The notes beneath the pieces are model-generated. The model saw only the letters and a list, made by a program, of their open reading frames with translations. It was not told the DNA's origin and did not search any database. Positions 40,098 through 53,430 of a DNA stretch of 64,000 nt are shown here, in pieces. Origin of the DNA: Eledone cirrhosa (taxonomy: Eukaryota); contig OZ024742.1 in the NCBI GenBank assembly GCA_964016885.1, positions 56,606,001 through 56,670,000 of the forward strand, given 5' to 3'. How positions within the stretch are numbered: position 1 is the stretch's first letter; each line of letters begins with the position of its first letter. A program made the translations under genes and the position numbers.

Positions 40098-40106
40098 AGA
40101 GAGAGA

Positions 40107-40150
<44 letters not shown>

Positions 40151-40240
40151 TACATATATATATATATATGGAGAGAGAGGGGGGTTTATAGTATTTTGCG
40201 CATGAGCAAACAATTGTTTATATCAAATATATATATATAA

Positions 40241-40319
<79 letters not shown>

Positions 40320-40437
40320 ACACCTATCTAGTTATCTGCCTACCAATCTAAATATCCAACTACCACCTTATCTATACATCTATCGACATACTAATCTATC
40401 AATATATCTCTATTTATTTATTTTATGTACATACGTG

Positions 40438-40597
<160 letters not shown>

Positions 40598-40612
40598 CAT
40601 ATATATATATAC

Positions 40613-40721
<109 letters not shown>

Positions 40722-41110
40722 TATACATGTGTGTGTGTACAGTTAGAAAACGTGAAAACATAAAGAAATATATTACTATATATTGACAAGAAAAAAGATA
40801 GTCTATAAAAATCATAATTGATAAATCGTGATTCTCCTACGGGGATAATATGTGTCTCAGTTGTGAGAATAGTTTTAGTATTTAAGAGATCAATGTAAAG
40901 AAATCATAAACGGAATTCATTTATTTCAATAATGTAAATTCAAGCTTATGGATAATCTATCGTTTGTTTGTACTAAAGAAAGTAAAATATATGACAATAT
41001 CAATATATAAACAAAGGTATCTATTTAGTATTTGTTCTGACTATAAGAATTTTTTTTTATTTCTAGCACTATTATTGCGCCTTATGAACATCTGTGAAGA
41101 CCTCTCAAAC

Positions 41111-41227
41111 CAGAAGTTCTCAAAGTGGGAGCTACCACGCCCCCCCCCCCCCGAAGGGCGTTGACGGGGTCCAAGAAGGTGGTGAGGGTAGAGATGATAT
41201 AATAGTATATTAGATATCAAATGATAC

Positions 41228-41286
<59 letters not shown>

Positions 41287-41461
41287 AAATGAAAAATATT
41301 TAATATTTATTTATACATAGTATATATTATATCGATTTTATTTATCATGTATTATTTATAATATGCGTGTAGACAGGTCTCTCTGGAAATAGAGATGGGG
41401 GCTCTGAGGGTATTACGTGGCCATGAAGAGGGCGATGGACCCAAAGGTTTGCGAACCTCTG
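41111..41461. mobile_element. hAT (Charlie-like) MITE interrupted by (TA)n
   Basis: TIRs cagaagttctcaaa / tttgcgaacctctg with GC-rich subtermini; 8-bp TSD only partly preserved. Confidence 0.65.
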
Positions 41462-42240
41462 TCTTAGTCTATCGAAACTCATATATCCGCCCTGTTATAT
41501 ACTGTTATATACCCGCCCACATCTGGAATGCTTTATAGAAACATAAACAATAAACAGACCCCAATACTTGACTAGTACTATATTTTATGGATCGCAGAAA
41601 TGCCAAAGGAAAAGTTGTCATCGGGTGAATTTGAACTCAAATTGTGCAAGACTAACTTAATTTGTCAAGGCAATTTATCCAAACCTTCAAAGATTCTATG
41701 ACTTTACTAACAAAACCTTCCCTTAACACAGGCTGTGCAAAGACGCCCAAACTTTTGAATGTAATTACGATAACTTGGGTCTGATTATACATTATATTGG
41801 ATACATGTCTTATTTTATCTTATTCTGTAGTGAACCCATGTCTTGTGAGTAGAAATATATAGAGAAATTATGTACCATTGTGTAGATCTATCGAAACGAT
41901 TCTTTTATTGAAAGGATCAGCCTTTTGAATTTACACTAAAGGCATGTGGCTTTGTAGAATACTTAATTGATGTTACTTTAGCGACAATATGATTTAGCTG
42001 TCTCAAACACAAGAAGGTGTTCAAACAATTAAGTATTCATTGAAACAGGGACGGAGAATCAAGCATCGTACAACATACTATCACAACCACCACTACTAGT
42101 ACTACTACTACTACTGCACTTTTATGGCTGACATTATGTGTATAGTTACACGTACACACTTACACACACTCACACACACACACATATATATATATATATA
42201 ATTATATATTGTGTGTGTGTGTTTGTGTCTGTATGTGTGT

Positions 42241-42370
42241 TCTTGTCTGATGTTTCTGTGAGAAGCAGGCGAAACTCCAGAGTAATAAGACTCACTATTT
42301 AGCCTTAATAAAATGAATATTTAAACTCTTCTTCGGTATTGAGTACTCTTTTCTTTCGACCGTCAACTAT
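42241..42370 (+). mobile_element. PLE-type 3' end with degenerate hammerhead (42241-42290) and tail motif
   Basis: tcttgt-ctgatgt-ttctg.tgagaag.caggc-gaaa-ctc.ca.gag-ta/ataaga; gtattgagtactc ~20 nt before a TA-rich tract. Confidence 0.65.
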
Positions 42371-42460
42371 ATACGGATATATATATATGGGGTGGGGTAC
42401 ATACATATGTTTCTATGTATACATGTATTTGTATGATATATGTATATATGTATTATGTAT

Positions 42461-43068
42461 GTCAGGTCACCAGTTTGTGCTACTGGTAACATGTATCCCA
42501 GTACAACCTGTCTCGTGATCGGGTCGTTGGCGACTAAACTGGCAACCCCACCAAGGTTTCTTGATGAGGAGGGTGACTTTGGACATCCTGCAGGACTAGA
42601 AACAAAAGCTGTCAAAGGGCTAAGGAGCTCTTAAGAGTCAATGGCCATCCAAAATCACCGGGAGAGATGACACCTTAGCCTTTGTCAAGGCAGAATTCTA
42701 GGAGAAGGAAAACTCTGATATAACACCTGCAACTCTGATGGTATCCAATGATGTTGACATGTTCTTCTTTTTGGTAAATATCATCTTGGTTAAGAGAGTG
42801 GGACTGGCTTTGTGCAGTGCCTTTGCTCACTATAAAAGCTTCACGGCACAGGCATTACTTTATATCTGGAGATCTCTCTGCACTTGTCGTCACATGGTAC
42901 CATGGGCCCAGCACTATGTGTCAATAATTGTCACAAGTGTAGTGTTTGTACCAGAGTTTTCAAGTCGCTGGCTGGACTAAAATGTCACACTCGTTCAGCG
43001 CATCGGTAGGGGTTCTCCTACATGGATATAAAGTAGTGGCCGTACTCGAAAACAAGTTGGCAGCCACC
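42461..43068 (+). mobile_element. Non-autonomous internally deleted RTE-type LINE derivative
   Basis: ctaggagaaggaaaactctga RTE-like 5' block; 3' part encodes HKCSVCTRVFKSLAGLKCHTRSAHR* (C2H2 finger as at RTE C-termini); flanking direct repeat atgtattatg at 42448 and 43069. Confidence 0.65.
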
Positions 43069-43454
43069 ATGTATTATGCACGGTCTCGAATATTCAATGT
43101 TATATAAAATTGCTCTTGACTGTCAGACTATTTTCGATATAGCTATTTGTTCTTATATCTAATATAATTGATAGTTTTACAGAGAATTAGTGATAAATAC
43201 ATAGGAAATATAATGGCATTTCGTAGTTACTATTTCATAAAATATGCTATTGAGAATTTAGAATTGTAACTTATACTCTGACAAATACGTTGCCCTATTT
43301 TATGGATTTATATATTGTATTTATTTTTTAACCCATGGTTGGAAAATATCCATGAGCTCGGATGGTCTCGCTTGGGATCCAGCCGGATCAGCGGGAAACT
43401 GACAAGATTCGCTGGAAGGAATGATTGAGGTCTCCTCCCCCACAACCCTCTCGA

Positions 43455-43627
43455 GAATAATAATAATAATAATTGTTTCTACTTTTGGCACAAGGCCAGC
43501 AATTACCCAGTGCATTACTGGTACTTTATTTTATCGACCCCGTAAGGATGAAAGGCAAAGTCAACCTCGGCGTGATTTGAACTCAGATCGTAAAGGGACG
43601 TAACTATGCTGGAAAGCATGGCATCCG

Positions 43628-43628
<1 letters not shown>
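43455..43628 (-). mobile_element. SINE family 1, young copy, 5'-truncated
   Basis: Close reverse complement of 46305-46470. Confidence 0.9.
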
Positions 43629-43663
<35 letters not shown>

Positions 43664-43791
43664 TGCTTGCTTGGAACAGCAAGAACCCTCCGATACTTCC
43701 TGAATATCTGAGGCTGCAGGTAGTGGCTTGATATTCAATCCAACGGACTTTCCAGTTAACCAACATCAATGACTGAGATTCAAGGAATAAC

Positions 43792-43875
<84 letters not shown>

Positions 43876-43896
43876 AAGAAGAAGAAGAAGAAGAAG

Positions 43897-43927
<31 letters not shown>

Positions 43928-43944
43928 CTTGTTTTCTATATTTA

Positions 43945-44602
43945 GTTTACGTTCTGTGTTCAAATCCCGCCGAGGTTAACTTTGCCATTCATCCTTACGG
44001 GGTCTATAAAATATAGTACCAGTAAAGCACTGGGGTCGATTTAATTTCCCTCCCCTCAAATTGTCGGCCTTGTGCCAAAATCAGAAACCATTATTATTAG
44101 TATTATTAAGATGGTGGTTGGCAGTGTCGGTAGAGCGTTGGATAAAATGCTTTGCGTTATTTAGTTATGACATTCAACGTTCTGGGGTGAAATTCCACCG
44201 CGGTCAACTTTGCCTTTCCTCCTTTCGGGGTTGATAAAATATAGTACCGGTCATGTACCGGGGTCGATGTAATTGACTGTCCTCTCCGCTCAAATTGTTA
44301 GCCTTGTGTCTAAGTTGGACATTATTATCAGTAGACAACGGTGGATTGGCAGTATCGGTAGAGAGTCGGAGGCCATGCTTTGAAGCATAGAGTTACGTCC
44401 CTTTATGATCTGAGTTCAAATCCCGCCAAGGTTAACTTTGTCTTTCATCCTTGCGGGGTCGATAAAATAAAGTACCAGTAATTACTGGCCTTGTGTCAAA
44501 AGTATCAGTAGACAACGATTATTATCAGTAGACAACACGATTTGTTGCTTATAGTTACGGCCCGAAATTGCTGGCCTTGTGCCTAAATCAGAAACCATTA
44601 TC
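43945..44602 (+). mobile_element. Head-to-tail array of four SINE family 1 copies or fragments
   Basis: Copies at ~43945-44100, 44108-44325, 44335-44505, 44540-44602. Confidence 0.88.
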
Positions 44603-45189
44603 TTTATTTGATTTACTAATGTGTATTGGTTAATATTACTTGTGTTTCTAAGTGTGTATTTTCATAACGGATTTATATTATTTTCAGTAAACTGTCGTCG
44701 GTATAGCATTGTATTAACATGTTTATATCTATTTTGTTGTTGCTGTTGCTGTTGCTGTTGTTGTTATTGTATTCCTAAGACAGCCTTGCTCGAACAGAGC
44801 ATTTCAATTCCTCTATCAAATGAATTCCCTACACATTGAATGACAGTGTATTCCACAGACACTTTTACATTCAACGCTAAATAAGTCTGACAGCGTGTGT
44901 CAAATCTCATGCTTTGAATCACTTGACAGGCCTCCGCTTTCCCGACTTAACTCGCAATACTATATTAAAATAAAACTTTCCCAAATCCCACGCAGTAAAA
45001 ATCTTAACCTTGGCATCTAGTAAAATACCCATAGATCCTTTCTCCATAGCAGCTGCTGCCTACTTTTTCCCGTCTCTCAGGCTATTTCATCCGATTATCT
45101 GAATCTATTATTAATAAGAATCGAATATTGCCACAGTTATTTTCCCACATTTCAAATTTCTTATCACTAAGGCGCTTCGATTATTCATA

Positions 45190-45221
<32 letters not shown>

Positions 45222-46112
45222 AATATATATAGTGTGTGTCTGTAGCATCGTCTACACAACAAAAGAAATCAATATATTTTGACTGATATAGGGACATAGT
45301 TTTAAAAATAATAACCTTTTGACTTGTATTGTTTGATTAAATAAAACGTCAACTGATCAAATCATGGTTGTCAACTCTAAATTGCCATTAAGGAGGCTCA
45401 ATAAGACCAACGCATGCGCAGAGTGTGCTTGTTTATGTAAAGAGGACATTTTCACTTACAATATGAATTACTTTTGACAATCTAATCTTGAATGTTACCC
45501 TAATCTCTGTGCATCATTAACATTTACCGCACAATTCTATGGTTTGTATTCAGTACTTATTATCTATATTTATATTAATGACTTTAGTCCACGTATGTTA
45601 TCTTCCTTAGCACAGTTCACATTTGTCATTATACAAAATATATTCACCAAAACCTAATAATTAGTTTTCTATATAAAAAAAAATTGATTAAAACAGGCTT
45701 AATACACTATACTATGCTGATGACACCTAAACGACCAGATTTTCCTTTAAACATGTAATTTAAATTTGAGAGATTACTTCTTATTTTATGAAAATTATCT
45801 ACACTTTTCGGTGCTAGCCGCTAACAATTAGCACTAGATATTTTTTGTTGGTTTTTTCTTTCCTTTTTGGTTTCATTCTCCAGCTATGAAAGAAATTCAA
45901 ATTAATAGAGAAAGGTTTGCGTAAGTTCATTAAGTACAACTCCACTTAACTGATTTATATATATATGTGTGTGTGTGTGTGTGTAGGCTTGTGTTGGTGT
46001 GTGCGTGGGTGTTTGCGTGTACGTTTGTGTATGTATGCGTATGTATACGTGCATTACAATACAAAATGTATGTAAATGGGTGAGTTTAATTTTGAAGAGA
46101 TTTATTCACTTA

Positions 46113-46176
<64 letters not shown>

Positions 46177-46271
46177 TACATGCATGTACATGTGTATATA
46201 TATATAAAGTTTAAGCAAAGAATCGCTTTGGATTTTAGTCTTCAAATTTATTATTATTACTATATATATAT

Positions 46272-46470
46272 AAGGGCGGTGGATTGGCAGTATCGGTAGA
46301 GAGTCGGACGCCATGCTTTCCAGCATAGTTACGTCCCTTTACGATCTGAGTTCAAATCCCGCCGAGGTTGACTTTGCCTTTCATCCTTACAGGGTCGATA
46401 AAATGAAGTACCAGTAATACACTGGGTAATTGCTGGCCTTGTGCCTAAAGTAGAAACAATTATTATTACT
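46272..46470 (+). mobile_element. SINE family 1, full-length reference copy
   Basis: agggcggtggattggcagtatcgg (A box-like), gagttcaaatcc (B box), tail gtagaaacaattattatt. Confidence 0.92.
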
Positions 46471-46625
46471 ATATATATGTACATGTATATATATATATAT
46501 ATATATATACATGTACATATACATATATATATAGTAATAATAATAAATTTGAAGACTAAAATCCAAAGCGATTCTTTGCTTAAAATTTAATCTGTTATGT
46601 ATATATATATATATGTGTGTGTATG

Positions 46626-46711
<86 letters not shown>

Positions 46712-47111
46712 CGTAAATATATATCTATATTTACACGTATATTTATATAAATATATGTACAAGTGCATATATGTACATATATGTACATATATGTATATGT
46801 GCATGTATGTATTCACTGTAATTTTCAATGGTATATAAAGTTTCTCTCTCTCTCTCTCTCTCTCATGGTCTCACTCTCCCCCTCTCTCTCATACTCTCTC
46901 CCTCTATCTCTCTCTCTCAATCTACTCTGTATTCATATTTAATATAATTGGTTGAGTTGCAGAGGATTAGCTATAAACAAATAGGAAATGTAATGCCATT
47001 TAGTTATTATTTATTTCATAAGATATGCTATTGATAGTTTAGAAAACTAACACACACTGCGACAAATCTGCTCCACATTATACATTCATTATTATTATAT
47101 TATTATATTAT

Positions 47112-47312
47112 AGGGCAGTGGATTGGCAGTGGATTGGCAGTATTGGTAGAGGGTCGGACGCTATCTTTCGAGCATAGTTACGTCCCTTTACGGTCTGAGT
47201 TCAAATCCTGCCGAGGTTAACTTTCATCCTTACGAGGTCGATAAAATAAAGTGCCAGTAATTGCTGGCCTTGTGCCAAAAGTAGAAACAATTATTATTAT
47301 ATTATTATTATT
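47112..47312 (+). mobile_element. SINE family 1 with (ATT)n tail abutting the R4/Dong LINE 3' end
   Basis: Same head, B box and tail as 46272-46470. Confidence 0.9.
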
Positions 47313-47344
47313 ATCCTCATCATTATTATTATTATTACTATTAT

Positions 47345-50300
47345 GCATTTATCTTGCTTTATGTTCATACGAGTTATCACCAAGTCACAACCAGTGACCT
47401 CAAGAGACAACAAGGTCTGCCATGTTCAAGAAAGAACATACATACTCACACATGCATCTTTAGTGTTTAGACTTGTGATGTAGTTATATTGACAGAATCT
47501 TCCTTAGTATATGGAGAGTTCCCATTAGTACTATCTTTTGTATTTCTCCTATACGCGGGTTTCCTGGGATTTGCGATAAGTAATCATTAGACCCCTTAAG
47601 TATCATTCCTAGAGCGCCTACAACCACTGGTATTGTTTTAGTTCTCAATTTCCACATTTTTCCAATTTCTATCTCCAGGTCCTTATACTTGCTCAATTTT
47701 TCAAATGTTATTATAGATACATTCTTGTCTATTGGAACGGACATATCAATTAGCAGGCATACCCTCTTTTTAAAGTCCTTCAATATTATATCAGGTCTAT
47801 TTGCATCTATTTTTCGGTCTGTTTGGATGCTAAAGTTCCACAAGATTGAGATGTGATCTTTTTCAAGTATGGGAGGTGGCTGATGCTCCCACCAATTCTT
47901 TTGATGGGGCAGGTCAAAATGCTTACACATTATCCAATGTATGTATTGTGCAGCTCTGTCATGCCTGTTTAGGTATTCAGTTGGAGCTATAGGACTGCAC
48001 ATTGAAATGATATGGTCAATGGTCTCTGGTTGTTTTTTACATACACGGCATAATGGGCTGCATCCATTTTTTATTATGTTGGCTTGGTAATTTTTTGTTG
48101 GCAGACACTGATCTTGTGCTGATATAATCAGTCCTTCAGTCTCCGATTTCAGTCCAGAGGATGCCAACCACTGATGGGTTAAAGTTTTGTCAACATCAGG
48201 ATTGTTAGCTCGTTCTGGGTATTTTCCATACAGAGGCTTTTCTTGCCATTTCTTAGCCAGTTTCTGTAGCAGTTCTTTCTTTGCAGTTACTTTTACCTGC
48301 TTTGCTTTTTCTGTTTTTTCCATTTCAGCAGTAAATGGGACTTCTGAAATGTGTAGTCCATTACTGTATCTTTGTGCATCTTTTGTGCATCTTTTGTAAT
48401 CTTTTGATGCTTTCGTCTTTCAAAACGAGTTTGATCATCCAATCATGTGATTCCCTTAGATATGTAGATAATCCAATTGTTGCAGTTTTCAACGCAATGT
48501 CTAACTGGATTAACCCACGTCCTCCTTCTTTCCTAGGGAGATATATTCTATCTGTATCTGCCTTAGGGTGATGCATTCTGTGCATGGTTAAGAATTTTCT
48601 AATTTTTGTATCGAGCCTACGGATCTCTGTGCTTGACCAGTTGTTGACATTGTAACTGTAGGTTACTACTGGTATGGCAAGCGTATTTATGGCATCGATC
48701 CTATTCCTTGCATTCAATTCCGTTCTTAAGATTGCTCTTACTCTGCCGTAACATTCCTTCCTTATCCTTTCCCTCATTGTCGAGTGCTTGATTCCGTCTC
48801 CTTCACAAACACCTAGATATTTGTAAGTTTCCTCTTGATCAAGTTCTCTTATCACATTCCCTCGATCAAGATTAATGTCTGAACTTTTCAGCAACTTTCC
48901 TCTGGTGAACGTTACTTTGGCGCATTTATCTAGTCCAAACTCCATTTTAATGTCATCACTGAACTGCTCCACAGTGGATAATAGCCCTTGCAATTGTTTA
49001 TCATTTTTTGCAAATAGTTTCAGGTCATCCATGTAGAACAAGTGATTAATGGTTTTGTCATAGACTTTATATCCATGTTTTGTTTCATTGAGCATTTTAC
49101 TTAATGGTATAAGTGCGATGCAGAATAAAAGCGGTGATAAAGAGTCACCCTGAAAAATTCCACAATGAATATTAACTTCTCCAGCTTCCAGTGATTTTTT
49201 TCACTATTCAAAAGGAGTGTCGTTTTCCATGTCTTCATACTGAATGACAAAAACCTCCTGACAACGGGGGTTATTTTGAAAATCGCTAAACATTTTTCAA
49301 TCCAACTGTGTGGCAAACTATCGAATGCCTTTTATAATCTATCCAAGCAATTGATACATTTTTGTGTCTATTATGACAATCTTCCAGTATCATTTTGTTA
49401 ACCAAAAGCTGATCCTTACACCCATATGAGCCTCGTTTACACCCTTTCTGCTCAAGAGGAAATAGGTCATTTGTTATCAGGTGGTCATATGTATACTCAG
49501 TTAGGACTGATGTTAAAATTTTATACATTGTGGTCAAGCAAGTTATCGGTCTGTAATTTTTGGGATTGTTTGTCTCATCATTCTTCGGAAGCAGGAATGT
49601 AATGCCGTTCACTAGCCATGATGGTATCTTTTCCGGCTCCTTAACTATTTCATTGTAAAGTTGGGCTAACAGCTCATGAGACTCTGTGAAGGCATTTATC
49701 CAAAAATTGTGTATTTTGTCTTTTCCTGGGGATTTCCATTTGCTGGTTTTTCTTAGAGCCAAACGCAACTGTTCAACTGTTATATTTTCCCATATTTGTT
49801 CCTCAAGGTGAGCTGTATCTTTCATTTGTCTGTCTATCCATGGGGCATGTATATTATGAACTTTTTCTTCGGCCCAGATCTTTTCCCAGAATTCTTGCAC
49901 TTCCTCCTTGGGTGGTATTGATTTAGCAGTTATTGTTGACTTACCAATTTTTCTGGAGAAGTTTCTTTGGTTGGTTTTGAACATATTATTGTCCTTATAG
50001 AATCTAGATCGTTTTTCAAAGCGCCTTATACGAGCAGCTTTGGCCGACACTTTTTGCTTGATTATTTCTATCAGCATGCCTATGTCACTTGTTGGTTTTA
50101 TACTGTACTTTCTTTTCAATTTTCTAAGTTTAGTTTGTTTAACATGTTCACCTACTTTATATTTTTTTTAAATTTCTATGTCAGATCGGAGAAGGTTTAT
50201 TTGGCGATTGATTTTCTCTTGCCAAGTAGATTTCTTGTGGGAATTCCTTTGTTTTTTCATCTTCACTCCACATAAGTGAGTGGTGACTTTAGCCGATGCA

Positions 50301-51330
50301 TAATAGAGATGATTTAAATCAGTAATGTTTAGTTTCTTTGTGATGATAATGTTTTTGATAATTATGTTAGTCTTGTGTATTATCTTTTGGTTCTGTTTGG
50401 AGTTCTGGATCTAAGGGAGGGTGTCTCGTTCCCCCATGTCAGATTCTTTCATTTTCATCCATTCGATCATAATTTCATCCTTCAAGTTGGCAAGTTCATT
50501 CTCATTCATTTCTTTATCATTTACGATCTCATTGTTTTCATTTGGAGTTTCATCTTGAGCATGCACTCCCTCCACTTTTTCGATCCTTTCTTTAATTTGT
50601 TCTGATGTCAGTGATTCCGCCCCAACCCTGGGATTCGAAGTGTTACAATTTTCCTCGTTTTCACTGACACATGTTTCATTTTCCCTTCGCTGACTTTGTG
50701 CTAATAGCTTGATCTGATCAATTTCTGTATCAGTTAGTAACTTTTTTTTTTACAATATTTCTTTGTATATTGGCTAGTTTGTTACTGTCAATATAGCCTC
50801 TGTTTTCTGGATGTTTCTTTTTCCAGTTGATATATGTCTGTTCTGTATTCGATGTATTTGGTGGGTAGTACATGGCAGTGTAAAAAGCCTCAAGGACTTC
50901 TTTATTATCTTCCCTTGACCATTTTTCTCTCTTTTTCTTTGGATTTCTTGGTGGTGAGCATGGAGGGCCAACAGTAGGAGTATTCCGGTTATGGGAGGTC
51001 TCCAGCTCCGAAGTGATGGGAAGGTTTGAACCATTAGCTGATTTTTCGACCCCAGTCTGGTTCCTCTCTGAGGGACGCGGCCCTTTTTTACCCGGGTGAC
51101 GGCCGATCCGGTGTGAGATTTTATCATTAGACATTTACTTTATTTTGTCGCGTTTTATCCTTATCCGCCAAGGGGTAATCATTTCGTGTTACCACTTCTA
51201 GAACGAGTGTCAACCAAGACTAGAGGGGTCGTTCTCCCCTAGAGACACGGCTATTCCCCGCCGGCCGCCATCCCGGTATTTCTTGGTCACGGGGTTTTCT
51301 TTTTTGTTGTTTTTTTAAATTGTTATTATC
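47345..51330 (-). mobile_element. Near full-length R4/Dong-clade non-LTR retrotransposon, inactivated by frameshifts
   Basis: KSPGKD, NYRPITCL, EQKG, WIDYK, QGDSLSPLLF, FYMDDLKLF RT motifs; CRVC..ETIDHIISMC zinc knuckle, RHD, NRPDI..LIDMSVP..EKLSKY restriction-like endonuclease; (TAA)n at 3' end. Confidence 0.92.
47484..51134 (-). pseudogene. Disrupted single ORF: reverse transcriptase plus restriction-like endonuclease
   Basis: Collinear ORF pieces 50730-51134, 49286-50119, 49101-49316, 48361-49095, 47484-48323. Confidence 0.9.
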
Positions 51331-52256
51331 ATGAGTGGTTCCTTAATGTGAGCATTGCGTGGCTTAAGAATGAAATTATTAATAATTGTCTCCACATCAG
51401 GCACAAGGCCAGCAATTACCCAGCGCATTAAATAATATTATATACTTTTTGCTGAAGTTGCCTGTTATTATTGTTGGCTATGTCGGTGGTGATGCTGGGG
51501 CTTTTTATATTGTTGGTGGGGAAGGGGGAGCCAGCAGTGCCATAGTTGTTGACTTTTGGCCGGTGGCCGGGTCACCAAGTCAATCTATTTATATATTTTG
51601 CTAGCCTCTCCCTTGTCTAGTGATACCGCCACCTTCCCCATTCTTAAGTTAACAGAAGGTAATAGGGATAGTGGTGGTAGCAATGAAGGAGTGGTGGCGG
51701 CGGTGATGGGATAGTGGTAGCAATGATGGATGGAGTGGTGGCGACGGTGGCGTTGTCGTTACTGAGTTTTGTAGTTTTGTTTGATCTGTAGTATCTATGC
51801 GTTTGTGGCGCGTATGTTTAATATATGTGTTGACATATTTTTCTTAATATTGGAATTAAACATTTTGTTAAAACTTGAGACAATAATAATAGTAATTATT
51901 ATTATGATGCTGGGGTTGGTGGTGGTGGTGGTGAAATTGCCGTTATCTAGCTGTTATATTTAGTGTACACAGCGGGGTGATGGGGTAGGTGGTGTATCTA
52001 GTTTCTGGTGTTGGTGAAATTGCTGTTATTTGGCTGTTCTATATAGTGTAGACAGAGGGGGTTTTCTTCCATTTATAACCATTTTCTTTTTTGAATATAA
52101 AATATATAATACAAAATTGGATATTTGAGCGATATAACAATATATTATGGATCCGAATTTTTATGAGACTTGATTCGGTGATTTATGCATCATTTGTACT
52201 AAGAATTGTTATTTCACAATTGATTTAAATATGTTAAAAATTATTATTATTATTGC

Positions 52257-52312
<56 letters not shown>

Positions 52313-52384
52313 TGTTAATGTTAATATTTTCTTTTTAGAATCTTTATATATTTTATATGCGTAGACATAGGTGTACATATTGAT

Positions 52385-52635
52385 GTGGAGACGCTAATGT
52401 GGAGACGCTAATGTAATGTGTATATGTTAATGTGTAGACATTAATGTGTAGACGTTAATGTGTAGACGCTAACGTGTAGACCTTAATGCGTAAATGGTAA
52501 TGCGTGAACGTCATTGTGTAGATGTTAATGTGTAGACATTGGTGTGTAGATGTTAATGTGTAGATGCTAATATGCAGACATTAATGTTAACTTGTAGACG
52601 TTAAGGTATAGACATTAATGTTAATGTGTAGATGC
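52385..52635. repeat. Degenerate 14-bp minisatellite (taatgtgtagacgt)
   Basis: Directly visible, ~17 units. Confidence 0.88.
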
Positions 52636-52741
52636 CAGACAGGTCAATGTTAGATGCTATAATTCTCTCCTAGTAATATTCTATTACATCCTACTACACA
52701 CGGTTCTACTTAATTGCTTATTAAAGATTATTTGCCTGCGT

Positions 52742-53040
52742 GAGACTTGAAACACCCATTGACTCCAGAATAAAACACTGATAAAATGTCCATGTGATTA
52801 CATCTGTTGTTGGTTCTCCTGGCTCAAGATGTATGTTGTAAGACTCGAAACACTCACTGACTGCAGTATACAGCAATTATGAGGTGTCTTATAGTTGGAT
52901 CACATGGTTGAGGCTGTATGCTGTAAGATCTGAAAGATGTAATGATTCCAGGATACAACTCTGATGATGTGCCCATGTATTTACATATGTAGTTGAGTCA
53001 CCCGATTGAGGGTGTATGTTGTAAGACCTGAAACACCCAG
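52742..53040 (+). repeat. Diverged 85-98 bp tandem repeat (3+ units) containing hammerhead core words
   Basis: agac..gaaacac.c block recurs with GAAA at 52749, 52847, 52932, 53030. Confidence 0.8.
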
Positions 53041-53129
53041 ATATTTCCAATGATTTACGTCTGTGCATGTGCATTCAATGTATTTTTTCAAACACATATA
53101 ATAAGCTGCAATGAATGCACGGGTCTTTG

Positions 53130-53430
53130 TGAGTGAGTCAGGTACTCGCTTCGAAATTGTAAGATCGTAAATTCAATTCCTTGTGGCGTGTTGTGTCCTT
53201 GAACAAAACACTTTATTTCATGCTGCTCCAGTCCATTCGGTTGGCAAAAATGAGTTAAACCTGTAATTTGAAAATCCAGCCTTGCCAAATTCAGTGTCAC
53301 TAGGAATCTCCCTGCTCACTACATTAAAGATACACGTGTCTGTGGAATGCTCGGTCACTTGCACGTTAATTTCCCGAGTAGGCTGTTACGTTGATCGTAT
53401 GAACTAGAACACTCGTCGTTGTAACCGAGT
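53130..53430 (+). mobile_element. SINE family 2-related copy
   Basis: ttcaattcc...gttgtgtccttgaacaaaacactttatttcatgctgctccagtccattcgg. Confidence 0.7.
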
